From: an uncultured Gemmataceae bacterium
GTDB taxonomy: Bacteria > Planctomycetota > Planctomycetia > Gemmatales > Gemmataceae
Assembly: GCA_963750165.1 (NCBI GenBank)
Contig: CAVVPN010000011.1
Location: forward strand, 384,001-448,000
Length of the DNA: 64,000 nt
Direction: 5' to 3'
Shown: positions 1 through 12,109 of the stretch, piece by piece
Layout of the letters: every line of letters begins with the position of its first letter
Position numbering within the stretch: the first letter of the stretch is position 1
Made by a program: the position numbers and the translations under genes
The notes under the pieces: model-generated
What the model was told of the DNA's origin: nothing
Database searches by the model: none
The model's input: the letters and a program-made list of their open reading frames with translations, nothing else

Positions 1-1186
1 CCAGGGTTACGCACAACTGCAAGGCCAGGCGGATGCCCTGGCGGAGCGGGCCAACAAGCAACCGGGACTGGTCGGCGTCTTCAACACCTTCCGCGCCAGC
101 ACCCCACAGCTCTACGTGGATGTGGACCGCACCAAATGCAAGACGCTGGGCGTGCAGCTCAGCGACGTGTTCCAGACGTTGCAGGTCTTCCTGGGCGGTT
201 ATTACGTCAACGATTTCAACAAGTTTGGCCGCACCTGGCAGGTGAACGTGCAGGCGGAGGCGTCGTATCGGCTGACGCCGGACAAGATCAAGCTGTTTCA
301 GGTGCGTAATCGCGATGGCCAGATGGTGCCGCTGGGTTCGCTGCTCAGGGTGATCGACTCCAGCGGGCCGGTGATCGTCAACCGCTACAACCTGTACCCG
401 GCCGCGGCGATCAACGCCGGCTCAAAGCCCGGCGTCGCCAGCGGCACGGCGATGGAGGAACTGGAGGAGGTCGCCAAAAAGTTGCCGCGCGGCATGAAGT
501 CGGAGTGGACGGAGCTGTCGTACTTGCAGAAGCAGTCGATGCAGGTGGAGTCGTTCCAGGACCTGATGCAGAACCCGATGACAGCGTTCGTCGGCGCGGT
601 GGTGCTGGTGTTCCTGGTGCTGGCCGCCCAGTACGAGAGCTGGTCGCTGCCGTTTTCGATCATCCTGGTGGTGCCGATGTGTCTGTTGTGCGCGGTCACC
701 GGCATTGCCATCGCGCGCATGGACCTCAACATCTTCGTGCAGATCGGCTTCATTGTGCTGGTGGGTTTAGCGTGCAAGAACGCGATCCTGATTGTCCAGT
801 TCGCGCAGGATCTGCGCCGCGAGGAGGGGCTGTCCATCTACGCGGCGGCGGTGAAGGCATGCACGGTGCGGCTGCGGCCGATTGTGATGACATCGTTCGC
901 GTTCATCCTGGGGGTGTATCCGCTGGTGGTGGGCACGGGGGCCGGGGCAGAGATGCGGCGGACGCTGGGCACGGCGGTGTTCAGCGGCATGATCGGCGTG
1001 ACGTTTTTCGGGCTGATCCTAACGCCGGTGTTCTACTACGTGGTGGAGCGCTACCTGGTCGGCGAGCATGCGACGGCGGCGAAACCACCGGCGCCTGAGC
1101 CAGCCCTGGGGAATGGCGCGGCGGCCCTGGTAACGCCGCCGCCCGCGACGAGCATTGAGGCGCATGACAAGCCGGTGGGCAGCTAG
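1..1186 (+). CDS. RND multidrug efflux permease (AcrB/MexF-like, HAE1), 5'-truncated by window edge
   Basis: Motifs YVNDFNKFGRTWQV, LAAQYESWSLP, GLACKNAILIVQFA, RLRPIVMTSFAFILGV. Confidence 0.93.
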   Translation, partial: QGYAQLQGQADALAERANKQPGLVGVFNTFRASTPQLYVDVDRTKCKTLGVQLSDVFQTLQVFLGGYYVNDFNKFGRTWQVNVQAEASYRLTPDKIKLFQVRNRDGQMVPLGSLLRVIDSSGPVIVNRYNLYPAAAINAGSKPGVASGTAMEELEEVAKKLPRGMKSEWTELSYLQKQSMQVESFQDLMQNPMTAFVGAVVLVFLVLAAQYESWSLPFSIILVVPMCLLCAVTGIAIARMDLNIFVQIGFIVLVGLACKNAILIVQFAQDLRREEGLSIYAAAVKACTVRLRPIVMTSFAFILGVYPLVVGTGAGAEMRRTLGTAVFSGMIGVTFFGLILTPVFYYVVERYLVGEHATAAKPPAPEPALGNGAAALVTPPPATSIEAHDKPVGS

Positions 1187-1448
1187 GTGACTGTCCCATC
1201 AGTCGGATTATGGGCCAACGTCTCGGCCATCGCGGTTTCCGGCGTCAAGGATGCGTAAGCCACGGCGATGCCGAGCGGATTCCACCGACCGCCGTTGCGT
1301 CTGCGCCCTTCCCCCTCAGCAGATCCGACTCGTTGGCATACCTGGGCGTACTCGACCGATAGACGGTCTCTGCGAAGGCTGCCGCCGAGGGTAACAGCCG
1401 CGTCAAGCCAGTTTTTAGGTGTTCGAGGGTCGGTCCCGAAGATGCCAT
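1183..1448 (-). pseudogene. RES-domain toxin remnant, frameshifted near 1311-1315 and C-terminally truncated
   Basis: One frame gives VYRSSTPRYANESDLL; the adjacent frame continues GEGRRRNGGRWNPLGIAVAYASLTPETAMAE (RES N-terminal motif GGRWN..G..Y.S...A.AE); it stops after about 90 codons. Confidence 0.72.
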
Positions 1449-1498
1449 GAATCACCCATACAGTCACAAGGGCGCGCCGCGACCGTGCTGGCATCCGC

Positions 1499-4400
1499 TC
1501 AGCGCCAGCCCTTGATCTCCTCGAAGACGCGCAGCACATCGTTGCGCCGCTTCTCGAACAGCGCGAACAGCGTCAGGATGGCGGCGCCCAGGACGATGCC
1601 CGAGGCCCACCACACCCACGTCTGCTCGCGGTCCACCGCCGCGTGCCAGATTTGCGAGAACACTACCAGGCACAGGAACGCCACGCCCAGCAGCAGGAAC
1701 GCCCGCACCCGCAGCAGGATGCCGACCAGCACGCCGGCAACCGACAGCACCGCCAGGATCACCGGCAGTACCACCGAGTTGCCCAGCCTCGTGATGAACA
1801 GGTCCGCCGTCGAGGACAGGTAGATCAGCAGCAGCCCGAGGTAACGCACCGCCTGAGACTGGGCCTCCGTCAGCCGATCACGGTTGAGATGCTCGGCGGT
1901 CAGCACGATCAGCCCGAGCGGCACCAGCCAGAGCTGCGGGTGCAGCACGAACGCCAGGCCCTCGCTGTGGCCGTAGATCACCCACAGGCCGAAGTTGGCC
2001 GCCAGCGCCGCCAGCAGCGCGAACACCGATGAACGCCGCAGCACCGCCACGAACACGTACAGCAGCCCGAGCAGGAACCACAGCAGAGCATGTAGCCCAA
2101 AATTCTGGTGCAACCGTTCGAGGTGGCGGTAGAACAGGTCGAAACCCGGGATGACATTGCCCACGAGGTCCAGGCCAGGCAGCGGCTGGATCAGGAACGC
2201 AAGCAGCGGCACCAGCGGTAGGAATAGACCCGTCTGTTGCAGCGGCCCGGCCAATACCGGCAGGCCGCGCCGCCGGCACAGCTCGGCCAGGCCGACGCCG
2301 CCGAAGCCCACCGCCATCAGCACCAGTGTCCAGTACTGGCCGATGCTCGGCAGCAGATACGGGATGCTCAGGCGCACATGGACCAGCAGCAGCACCAACA
2401 ACACCTCCGCCGCGTAGACGCAGCCCATGCGACCGCGTTCACGCAGGCCGAACGGCTCGGGGCGGCGTGTCAGGGCCGTCCACAGGCAGCCGACCAGGAC
2501 ACCCGCCAGCAGGGCCGTCACCAGCAACACGCCCGGCCACGCCAGGGGCACACGCCGCACCGCCCGGTCGTACAGCAGGAACTCCTGCACCAGCACCACG
2601 GCCAGGACGCCCAGGGCCAGGGTCGTGAGCACTGGTCCCTGTCGTCGGGCACTGGCCGCCCAGGCGCCATCGCGGTTCAGGTAGCCGGCCAGGTTCGAGC
2701 GGTACAGCGGCACGGCCACGGTCAGGACGGCGAGCAGTATCACGTTGCGGTGCAGCCATGGCACCGGTACGTCCGCACCGAGCCAGGCCCAGCCCAGCTC
2801 CAGGGCGGCGAGCAGGGCCAGTGTCAGAGTGACCTGACGCGGCACTTCCGAGTCCGGGAGCGGGGCACCGTCCCGGGAAAGTGTTTGCCAGTATCCCGTC
2901 ATCGTGAGACAGGCCAGGGTCAGGAGGGCGACCGCGGCGGGGCCGGCGAGGCGCTCCACCGTCGTCGGGAAGTCCAGGCACAGCCACACACTCAGGCCGA
3001 GGGTCAGCAGGCCGAGTAGTGTCTGAGACGGGACGAACCAGGGGACGAGTCCGTTGTCGGGTCGGGTGGGGATTCGGAGCGACCGCCACAGCGGGGCGGC
3101 GTGCGGGGCCACGGCGGCGGCCGCGGCGAAGACGGCCAGGGAGCCGGCCAGGGACGGCGTCGCCACCAGGGATAGATCGCGCGGCGTCAGACTCAGACCG
3201 TGCAGTCCGAGTCCCAGGGCCATCAGTCCGAGGAAGTACAGGGCGGCCACGGGCAGGCCCCAACGTTCCGCCTCAGAATCCCAGAAGCACAGGATCACCG
3301 CGGCCACAGTCGCCGTCAGCGCTGCCCAGGCCAGTGGTCTGCTCATGCGAATGGCGATGCCGGTCAGGTCGCCGACCAGTCCGAGCAGGATCATCAGCCC
3401 CAGTAAATGGACGGCCGCCAGCGCCGCGGCGTGAGCGAAGGGCAGCCAGCGGCCGCGCAGGTCGATGGGCGGTTCCAGGCGGCGCAGCCGCAGTTCCAGA
3501 AACAACCAGCACGCCGATGCCACGGCGAAGCAAAGCACTTGCAAGAGCACTTGCAGGATTACGAAGCGGTCGAACAGGTTGGATTGCCAGGGGGGCACTT
3601 CCATCTCGGAGGATCGGATCTGCTGCCAATATTGCCAAAGCGTGAAGCCGGCGACGTTGACCAGCAGGCCCGAGGCATAGACCAGTCCCGGGCGGCGCGA
3701 CCATACCGCGTCCACCCCGAGAAGCACGACCACTGTCAGCACCACCCCGGACCAGTACGGTCGCGCCGGGTCCGCCGTGGCTCCGCCCACCGCCAGTAGC
3801 ACCACCAGCGCCCCCAGGCCCTCTGCCCAGGAGCACGTCGGCACCATCGGGAGGTAGCGGCGCAGGGTGGTCCACATGCGCAGGTCCCGGGAGGCCGCCC
3901 AGCCACACGCCAGCAGGGAGAAGCTCGCCGCCGCCCACGTCAGAGTCAGGGTGTGGACCGCCAGCCAACCGTCCGCGTCCCACGGCGCGACAGCACAGGC
4001 CGTCAGGACGCCGAGCAGGAAGCCGCCCAGGCCCAGAACGTGGACGGATTCTTGTGCGCGACCGGCCAGGCGCAGCCACCACACGTACAGGGCAATCGTG
4101 CCGAGCAGTCCGACCCAGCCGAGCAGGTGACCGGCCTGAGTCACGAACTCCGGCACAGGCGTTGTCGGAAAGTTGACGGGACGCGCCAGCAGTGCCAGCA
4201 GCGCGAACAATCCGATGCCGAGACAGCCGATCAAACTGAGCGTCGGCTGCCACACAATCAGCGTCAGCCGCCGCCAGCGGCCGAGGCTTAGCCAGATGAG
4301 GCCCCAGCCCGCCGCGGCCAGGACGCCGAGTTGCATCAGGAACGCCGCCTCCGCGCCGGCGATGCGGCCGCCGCCAGTCACCACGCCGAGGGCGTAGCCG

Positions 4401-7400
4401 CCCATCAGCGTCACCGTGAGCAGATGGCCGGCCCCGGCGATGTAGCCGGCCTCGTCCTCGCGGGCACCATGGCCGACCAGTCCCAGGGCCAGCAACAACA
4501 GCGGCACCACCACGGACACGGTCCAGCCCATCTGGTCAAACACCGAGTCCTCGAGCGGCCCCACCGGCGGCCGTCCCGAGAACCCCGCAATCGCCACCCA
4601 GCTCGTGAGGAGCAGGACCGGTAACAGCGTCCCCAGGAGCAGGCCGCCCCGTAGCCACTGCGACAGGACGTTCGCCGCCTCCGGGCCGGGAATGCCCAGG
4701 CGGCTCAGCCCATGTTCCAGGGGACGGCGCAGCCACAGCAGCACCGAGTATCCCAGGAAGGCCAGCGCCAGGCCCCAGCGCAACGCCGACGCCACGGCAC
4801 GCTCGTCGTGGAACGCATAGGCGGCCAACACTGGCAGTGTCAGCCCAAGTGTCAGCCAGCCGAAGGCCGACTCCCGGGGCCAGCCTTCCCACAGGCTCAT
4901 GGTCAGTGACAGGCCCAGGACACTCAGGGTGAGCCAGGCCCAACCTGGGTCAAAGTCCCCGATCCCGACCTTGACTTCAGGCAGAGGACTCGGCCAGTGT
5001 TCGCGGTTGATCCCGGGCAGGACGGCCCAGACACACAGCAACAGCTGGACGACGAGCACCCCAGCGAACACGGCCCGATCAACGGTCCAGTCTCCCGGGT
5101 CTAGCAAGTCCCGGAAACGGGAGCGTGGGCGCGTGGACCGGCGCACCGCCGCCCAGGCGAGGGAGAGCACGGACAGGCCGAGGGTGTACGCCTGGAGGCT
5201 AAGCGGCCGGGAGAGTCCGCGGAGTGTCTCCATCACCCACGATTGCTCGCCGAGCCAGGCACTGATGCCGAGGACCACCGCCACGGTGAGGGCGCCCTGG
5301 AAGATCTGGAACAACGGCGGCCAGTCCCGGAACCAGGCTGTCGCCAACCACAGTCCCGCCAGCCACAGGGCACACAGCGAACACGCCGGCAACCAGTCCC
5401 ACTCCAGCGTGACCGGTAGCGTCACGGCCGCCAGGACCGACAGGGCCAGTCCCGCCTCCAGGAACGTCGCGGCGAACACCGAGTCTCGGTCGGCCAAGGT
5501 TCGCCCCAGGAAAAAGCTCAGGCCCAGCAACCAGGTGGCCTCGATCAGCAGCGCGAGCAGGATGAGACGCGGCAGACTTATGTTCGGGTCGGCCCATACC
5601 AGGGTGAAGCCGGTCGCACCCAGGAGGACCGCGGCCCCGACGCGGCAGACGGCGGCGTCGCGCCAGCGCAGGTTCAACAGCAGACAGCCGACGCCACCCA
5701 CTCCGAAAACCAGCGCCGCCAATCCGGGCTCAGTGTCGCCGACACGGCCGGTCAGGAGCAGCGCCAGGCCGGCCGCCGCGCCGCAGCCGAGTGTCTGATA
5801 CAGGCCGTCCGGCCGGCGGCCGCAACGCAGACACAGCTCCGCCGCCAGCGCCAGCACCACCGCCAGGCCCATCAGCAGTCCGCCGCTGGACGGGCCCGCG
5901 GCCAGCTGGAGCAAGTGTTCGCCCGCATCAGGGCCAGCGGCCGGCAGGTTGCCCGCCAGGCCGTGGAGCGCCACCAGCGCGGCGACCGCCAGGCACACCA
6001 GCGCCGGGACATGCGCCGGCGGCAGGCGGTATCGCAGCGCCGCCGCGGTGAAGGCCACGGCGTTCACGGCGCCGATCACCAGCAGGCCCTCCGGCCGCGG
6101 CCAGGTCAGCACCAGCGCCCCGAGCATGACCAGCATGCCGGTCAGTGTCGTCACCGTGCCCACCAGGCGCGCGACTGCCGGCGACAGGCCGCGCTGCCCG
6201 GGAGTCTCGGTCGCGGGCTCGGGCGGTGCTTGTTCCAGCAGGCGGTGAACGAGAGCACCGGTGATGAGGATCGGCATGCCCGCGGCGGCCAGCGGCATGG
6301 CCAGGTCCTGCAGCACCGCCAACGGATCGCCGACCCAGTAGGCGAGGAAGCCCAGGGCCACCGCGGTGGTGAATGTGGCCTGACCGAGGTAGAGGAACAG
6401 GGCGTTGGCGGCGGCCCCGTCCAGGCGGTCGCGCCGCGCCAGGGGCAGCAGCACCGCTGCCAGCGCCAGCACCTGGCACGCCACCGGCACGAAGGCCAGC
6501 GCCAACAAGAAACCGTTCTGCTGATCCGGGTCCAGCCAGCGCGGCACCAGGAGCTGGCTACCGGCGCCGCCCAGCACCGCCAGGGTCAGCCAGTGCTCGG
6601 GGCGGCCCAGGGCGCACGGCAGGGCTCCCACCAGCACCCGGGCGGACGCCAGCAGCAACAGGCCGAACATCGCCAGCGAAACGACCTCGATGACCGGCCC
6701 CAGCCAGGCCGGGTCCAGCACCGTGCCGCGCGACAGGCCCGCCACCACGAGGAAATCGAGCGGCGTCAACAGCGTGGCGATGACCAGCAGGCCGCGGCTG
6801 GTGGACTCCAGCTTCCAGTGATTCAGCGTGTAGTGCCCGGCTCCGAACAGCGCCGCGGTGATGCTTGCGATAATCAGATAGGGAGAGTAGGGAATCTGCT
6901 CCAGGGTCTGCCACAGACTGATGACCAGCGCGATGGAGCAGCCGACGATCAGCAGGCCGCCGACCAGCTCGCCCCAGAGGATGTTGCGTTCCTCCATGAA
7001 GCCCGCCAGCAATTCGCCCAGCGACCGGCGCGGCGCAGCGGGTCGAGCTACGGACGTGGCGGCCGATGCTGGCGTCGCCTCCGCCAGCGACGGCACAAAG
7101 CGCTCGGAGGCGCGGGCCGCGGCGGGTGGCTCCGCGACTGTGTGCTCGGTGGCCCAGTTCGCGAACCACTCGGCCATGCCCGTGTACTTCTCCTCGACGG
7201 CGTAGCGGCTCGCCTCGGCGACCGCTTCCCGCGCCTCCGCGGACTGCGGGTGAGTACGTACCAGGAGCTGATAGATGTGCAGCGCGCGTGTGACCAGCGC
7301 CGCGCTTTTGAGCAGCCGCGCCAGCTTCAGGAGACTGCCCGGCGTCAACCGGGCCAGGTCGTCGGGATGCGCCTGGCGATACCAGGCCAGTGCCTGGCGG

Positions 7401-7903
7401 CGCTGGGCGGGTTCGAGATCGTGGAGGTCCTTGCAGGGCGCGAGCAGCGGCTCCAGCAGTTCCCAAAGGGGCTTCGCTCTCGGCACCGGCGAGCGCCGGG
7501 CGCGGCGGCCGGCTTGAAGACGGGGATGGCGGCAGGCAGCGGTTCGCGGGAAAGCAGCTCCTCCTGGCGGGCCTCCAGCAATCGGTAGATGCGTTCACCG
7601 ATTGCCGGCTCCAGTCCGTAGCGTGCCACCAGCGTCTGCATCTGCTCAGTGGTGATCTCAAGATCGCGCAGTCCACGGGCGACGGCGCCGCGGGTCCAGG
7701 CCGCAAGCAGGGCAAGCCTCGGGCCGCCGGTCGAAGGTGGTGCCGCAGCGGACGCAGGTGCGCTGCGCCGGCTGGGCGTCGGGTGTCGGCTTTTCGGTGA
7801 AGGCGCGGAACACGGCGCCCATCATCAGCCAGAGGCCGTGGCCGAGCAGCGCGAACAGGAAACAGCCCAGGCCGAGCAGTCCGATTGTTGTACACGGTTC
7901 CAT
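1499..7903 (-). CDS. Giant polytopic membrane protein (~2100 aa) with N-terminal TM and zinc ribbon; split by two frameshifts (~7490, ~7680)
   Basis: 1995-aa ORF made of many hydrophobic segments; upstream fragments 7345-7641 and 7658-7912 (TM plus CVRC/CPAC) are collinear. Confidence 0.75.
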
Positions 7904-8127
7904 GACGCTCACCCCGGGTCAAGCGGGCGCCGGCATCCGGAGTGGAACGGGCGCCCGGGCCATGAGTGTAACACACGCCGCCTGGGCGATCCGCAAGGGA
8001 GAGACAGCCGTTGCCTGTCGCGCGGGTTTTTCTGGCCCAGCAAGAGTTCAGGCACGACAAGGTTGCGGATTATAACGGCGTGGTGCGCACCGGGCTCCGG
8101 GGATGCCGCCGGTGTGAGGTGAGCGGG

Positions 8128-8724
8128 TCAGGGCAGTTCCACCTCCGCCGGTTGCAGCACGAGGTCGTCGTGCCCCCTGGGCGGCGGCGTCAGCTTCAGC
8201 TCCTTGACGCGCCAGCCGGGGTGCATGAGGGTGCCACGGAACGGCGGTTCGCCAGTGACGTTGCCGGTCAGACGCACCGCGGAGGGGTCGAACTCCTTCT
8301 GCACCTCCACCTGCGCGCCTTCCTGGGCGGGAAACACCGCTTCAAGGACGAGGTGATCCTTCAGGGCTTTCTGGCACTTGTTGTGGATGTCGCGGACGCC
8401 GGCGCCGATCTGGGCGTCCGGCACGTCCTTGATGTCTTCCAGCAGGAAGTCCACCAGCCGGCCTTCGCGCTGCAGAATGGCGAGCAGCCACAGCGGGACG
8501 CCGCTGGGCCGGGTGGGTTTGGGCGGCTCCGGCGGCGGCGGCGGCGCCAGCAGCGGCTTGACCTTCTCGGCAAAGGCAGGGTCGCGCAACATGCGGAACG
8601 AGGCACGCATGGTCAGGGCGATGCGCTGCAAATCGCCACCGGCGAGCAGGACCGCCAGGGCCGTCCGTAGCGCCACGACCGCGAGCACCGTGACGATGAT
8701 TACCAGGATTGTTTTATCGTCCAT
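8128..8724 (-). CDS. DUF2760-family protein
   Basis: LLAILQREGRLVDFLLEDI, IGAGVRDIH, VRLTGNVTGEPPFRGTLMHPGW, PAEVEL. Confidence 0.85.
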   Translation of the reverse strand: MDDKTILVIIVTVLAVVALRTALAVLLAGGDLQRIALTMRASFRMLRDPAFAEKVKPLLAPPPPPEPPKPTRPSGVPLWLLAILQREGRLVDFLLEDIKDVPDAQIGAGVRDIHNKCQKALKDHLVLEAVFPAQEGAQVEVQKEFDPSAVRLTGNVTGEPPFRGTLMHPGWRVKELKLTPPPRGHDDLVLQPAEVELP

Positions 8725-8744
8725 GGGGTAACTCTCAAAAAGGA

Positions 8745-8842
8745 TTCACCACAGAGAACGCGGAGAGCGCAGAGAAAAGACAAAAGAGTGTTTCGTTCAT
8801 TCTTTGTCTTTTCTCTGCGCTCTCCGCGTTCTCTGTGGTGAA
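8745..8842. repeat. Perfect 40-bp-arm inverted repeat (intergenic palindromic element)
   Basis: TTCACCACAGAGAACGCGGAGAGCGCAGAGAAAAGACAAA (8745-8784) and its exact reverse complement at 8803-8842. Confidence 0.9.
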
Positions 8843-8854
8843 AATAAATCACTG

Positions 8855-10012
8855 TCAACGCCGATACAGCAGCACGTCAAACGTCGGCCGCGTGGAGCCG
8901 TCGCGGAAGCGCACGCCCTGTGGCGCGTGGGCGGCGGTGTGCGCCGGCGCCGGCCCTGCATGGGCGCGGCAGGCCAGCGCCGTGATGCCCAGCTCGCCCA
9001 GCGACTTCAGCTCGCCCGCGTCCACGATGCCGTTGCTGTTGGCATCCACCCACACCGCCAGGCCGTCGAGTTCGGCGCCGGTCAGCCAGCCGTCGCCGCT
9101 GGCGTCCAGCGCGGACAGGGCACGGTAGCCGTTCTCCCAGAACATCCAGAACGTCACGCCGCCGAACAGCTGCAAGGCCGAATCGACCTTGCCCGTCCGC
9201 TTGTGGTCGTGGACCAGCCAGCCCGCGTTCTTGCTGATCCAGGTCCACTTGTGCTTGACGCCCGAACCATCTGCGTCGAAGGCCACGGCGGCATGGTGGT
9301 CCACCAGTTCCTTGACGCTCAGCCCGTCGCGCAGCGGGATCACCAGCGGCGTCACCGGCCGCCGGACTTTTTGCATCTGTTTGGTGCGCTCCGTCAGCGT
9401 CTTGATCTCCTCGGCGTCCTTCGTCCTGTCGAGCAGCGGCGTCAGGTAGCCGGCCGCCTCCGCCGTGACCGAGTGCCAGCCGAGCCCCGCCGTTTTCAGG
9501 TCTTTTTCGCGCTTCCAGCCGTTCTCCACCACCCGGCGATACGCCTGTACCGCCTCGTCCTTCTTGCCGGCCTGCTCCAGACACCACGCCAGGCCGAGCT
9601 GCGCCGTCAAATTGTCCGGCGCCAGACTCAACGCCGCCTGATAGTTGCGGATGGCCTGGCGCAACTGCTCCTCGGCGGCCCGGCGTTTGGCCGGATCGGC
9701 AGTCGGTTTCGCGGTGAACGGCACCTGCTTCGGCGCGTAGCCGAACCAGGGCAGGCCGTTCTTCTTGTTGATTTCCAGCACGTCCGACTTGAGGGCGTAG
9801 GCCATCGCGTGGGCGCGGGCCAGGTTCAGCCGCAGCGTCGCGTCCTTGGGGTTCCGGGTGACCAGCATGTTCAGGTTCTTGACAATTTGCTCGACCGGAA
9901 TCCTGTCCAGGTCTGGCCGCACGTAACGGCCCAGGGCCGTGCTGACAGGTGTGAACAGGATAGCGCCGGCCAACAACCACACCGAGCGGAGACGGCAAAG
10001 GCGAGTCATCAT
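8855..10012 (-). CDS. Secreted TPR protein with C-terminal EF-hand-rich, FrpC self-processing-module-like domain
   Basis: Signal peptide, TPR-like helices, then TPLVIPL...FDADGSG...W...GWLVHD...GKVDSALQLFG...NGYRALSALDASGDGWLTGAEL..LAVWVDANSNGIVDAGELKSLGELGI. Confidence 0.7.
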   Translation of the reverse strand: MMTRLCRLRSVWLLAGAILFTPVSTALGRYVRPDLDRIPVEQIVKNLNMLVTRNPKDATLRLNLARAHAMAYALKSDVLEINKKNGLPWFGYAPKQVPFTAKPTADPAKRRAAEEQLRQAIRNYQAALSLAPDNLTAQLGLAWCLEQAGKKDEAVQAYRRVVENGWKREKDLKTAGLGWHSVTAEAAGYLTPLLDRTKDAEEIKTLTERTKQMQKVRRPVTPLVIPLRDGLSVKELVDHHAAVAFDADGSGVKHKWTWISKNAGWLVHDHKRTGKVDSALQLFGGVTFWMFWENGYRALSALDASGDGWLTGAELDGLAVWVDANSNGIVDAGELKSLGELGITALACRAHAGPAPAHTAAHAPQGVRFRDGSTRPTFDVLLYRR

Positions 10013-10164
10013 GGTTCTCCCACAAGGATTTAGAGACCGGCGTCGTTGTATCCCCGGGCCGGCGCTTCGTCCATGAACCGTCGGGGAGGCTCCAGCATTA
10101 CTGGCGGGATGACGTTTTCTGAAAGATCAATTGAGAAAAATTGCAGAAGATTGGCAGATTCTAC

Positions 10165-10194
10165 TTGACGCATGGCGTGATGCGGGAATATTCT
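10165..10194 (+). promoter_or_regulatory. Putative sigma70 promoter of the BMC operon
   Basis: TTGACG-N18-TATTCT in an AT-rich intergenic region. Confidence 0.5.
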
Positions 10195-10249
10195 AGCGGA
10201 AGTTGTTAGATAACGATAATTTTCCGTCAATGTCAAGCAGGGGCCGGTT

Positions 10250-11044
10250 GTGCTCGTAGAGGAACGCCGCCAGCAGATTCTCGACCTCATCAGCCGCCAG
10301 GGCTTCGTGGCCCTGACGGACCTGGCGCGGGCCATCCAGGTTTCCGAATCGACCATTCGTCGCGACCTGGACTACCTGAACGAGCGCGGCCTGGTACGGC
10401 GGACGCACGGCGGCGCCATCCACGCTGGCGACGACACGCTGCCAGCATTGGAGGACCGCTCCACACGGCAGATCGAGGAGAAACGGCAAATCGCCCGGGC
10501 CGCGGCGGCACGCATTCACGACGGCGACGCCATCCTGCTCGACGGCGGTACCACGACGCTGGAAGTCGCCCGGTTTCTGGTCGGCCGACCGCTGCAAATC
10601 GTCACCAACAGTTTGCCCATCGCGAACCTGTTTGCGAGCAACCGCGAGACAGACCTGATCCTGCTGGGCGGTTTCGTCTATCCGAAGACCGGCGTGTGCC
10701 TGGGACCGTTGACACAGAAGGTGCTGCCGGACCTGCACGTCCACCAGACGATCATGAGTTGCGGTGGCATCACCGCCAAGGGCCTGTTCAACAGCAATGT
10801 GCTGCTGGTCGAGACAGAGCGGCAGATGATGCGCTGCGCCGACATGGTGACGGTGCTGGCGGACCACACGAAGATCGGCCGGCAAGCGCTGGCGTTCCTG
10901 TGCGAGCTGTCAGCGGTGGACACGCTGATCGTCGATGCGGGGCTGACGGCAGAGCAACGGTCGCTGATCGAGGGGGCGGAGGTGCGATTGATCGTGGCGG
11001 ACGCGGCGGGCTCGAACGGCACGGCGGAGGAGTTTCGACAATGA
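10250..11044 (+). CDS. DeoR/GlpR family transcriptional regulator
   Basis: [29 protein letters not shown]. Confidence 0.95.
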   Translation: MLVEERRQQILDLISRQGFVALTDLARAIQVSESTIRRDLDYLNERGLVRRTHGGAIHAGDDTLPALEDRSTRQIEEKRQIARAAAARIHDGDAILLDGGTTTLEVARFLVGRPLQIVTNSLPIANLFASNRETDLILLGGFVYPKTGVCLGPLTQKVLPDLHVHQTIMSCGGITAKGLFNSNVLLVETERQMMRCADMVTVLADHTKIGRQALAFLCELSAVDTLIVDAGLTAEQRSLIEGAEVRLIVADAAGSNGTAEEFRQ

Positions 11045-11697
11045 GCACGGCAACCCTGGAGCGCACTGCGGTCGAGCGGCTGGTGCGGGCGGCGCTGACG
11101 CAGCGACTGGGCACGAACGGCGTCCCGAACCAGTTGGTGGTGAACATCTCGGCCCGGCACTGTCACGTGACGCAGGAGGATCTGGAGCGGCTGTTCGGCA
11201 AGGGCCATCGGCTGACGGTCCACAAGCCGCTGTATCAGGATGGCTTCTTCGCGGCGAACGAGGCAGTGACCATCATCGGGCCGCGGCATCGCATGATTCC
11301 GAACCTGCGCATCCTGGGCCCGTGCCGCGACCACAGTCAGGTGGAGCTGGCGTTCACGGATGCGATTTCGCTGGGCCTGGACGTGCCGGTGCGCAAGAGC
11401 GGCGACCACCGCGATTCGCCGGGGTGCTATCTGCTGGGGCCGGCGGGCATGATCGAGCTGGCACGCGGCGTGATCCGGCACGAGCGGCACGTCCACATGG
11501 GTCCGGCGGACGCAGCGCACCACGGCGTCAAGGACGGCGACCGGTTGCAGCTGCGGGTCAAGAGCACGTGTTCGATGGTGCTGGAAGATTTGCTGGTGCG
11601 GCTGGCGCCGGCGAGCAAGCTGGAGGTACATCTGGACACGGACGAGGGCAACGCCTGCGACCTGACGCACGCGACGCGGGTGGAGCTGTTCAAGTAA
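11041..11697 (+). CDS. pduL: PduL-type phosphate acyltransferase with N-terminal encapsulation peptide
   Basis: [43 protein letters not shown] at 11041. Confidence 0.93.
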   Translation: MSTATLERTAVERLVRAALTQRLGTNGVPNQLVVNISARHCHVTQEDLERLFGKGHRLTVHKPLYQDGFFAANEAVTIIGPRHRMIPNLRILGPCRDHSQVELAFTDAISLGLDVPVRKSGDHRDSPGCYLLGPAGMIELARGVIRHERHVHMGPADAAHHGVKDGDRLQLRVKSTCSMVLEDLLVRLAPASKLEVHLDTDEGNACDLTHATRVELFK

Positions 11698-11754
11698 CTG
11701 ATCGGACAAACGATTCTCAGAAACTCTCTCTCACCGTTTTGAGGGCAATCGGCA

Positions 11755-12075
11755 ATGGCGAGTTCACACATGGAGGCCCTGGGCCTCATCGAGACGAAGG
11801 GCCTGACGGCGCTGGTGGAGGCGAGCGACGCGATGCTCAAATCCGCCAATGTGACGCTGATCGGCTGGACGAAGATCGGCAGCGGCCTGGTGACGGCGAT
11901 GGTGGTCGGCGACGTGGCCGCGGTCAAGGCGGCGGTGGACGCGGGCGCCGCCGCGGCGGGGCGCGTCGGCGAGGTGGTTGGCGTGCAGGTGATCGCCCGG
12001 CCGCACGAGGACCTGGGCGTGGTGCTGCCGCTGGCTGGCAAGAAGTCGGCCGCGGCGCCGGCGACGGCGAGCTAA
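11755..12075 (+). CDS. BMC-H shell protein
   Basis: [42 protein letters not shown]. Confidence 0.96.
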   Translation: MASSHMEALGLIETKGLTALVEASDAMLKSANVTLIGWTKIGSGLVTAMVVGDVAAVKAAVDAGAAAAGRVGEVVGVQVIARPHEDLGVVLPLAGKKSAAAPATAS

Positions 12076-12109
12076 CACAAGCGAAACCTCTGCAAAGGAG
12101 CATTCAATC

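Noticed and set aside
5915..7588. Long antisense and alternate-frame ORFs (also 25107-27314, 44802-46541, 37247-38989)
   Set aside because: Shadow ORFs expected in high-GC DNA, opposite well-supported genes
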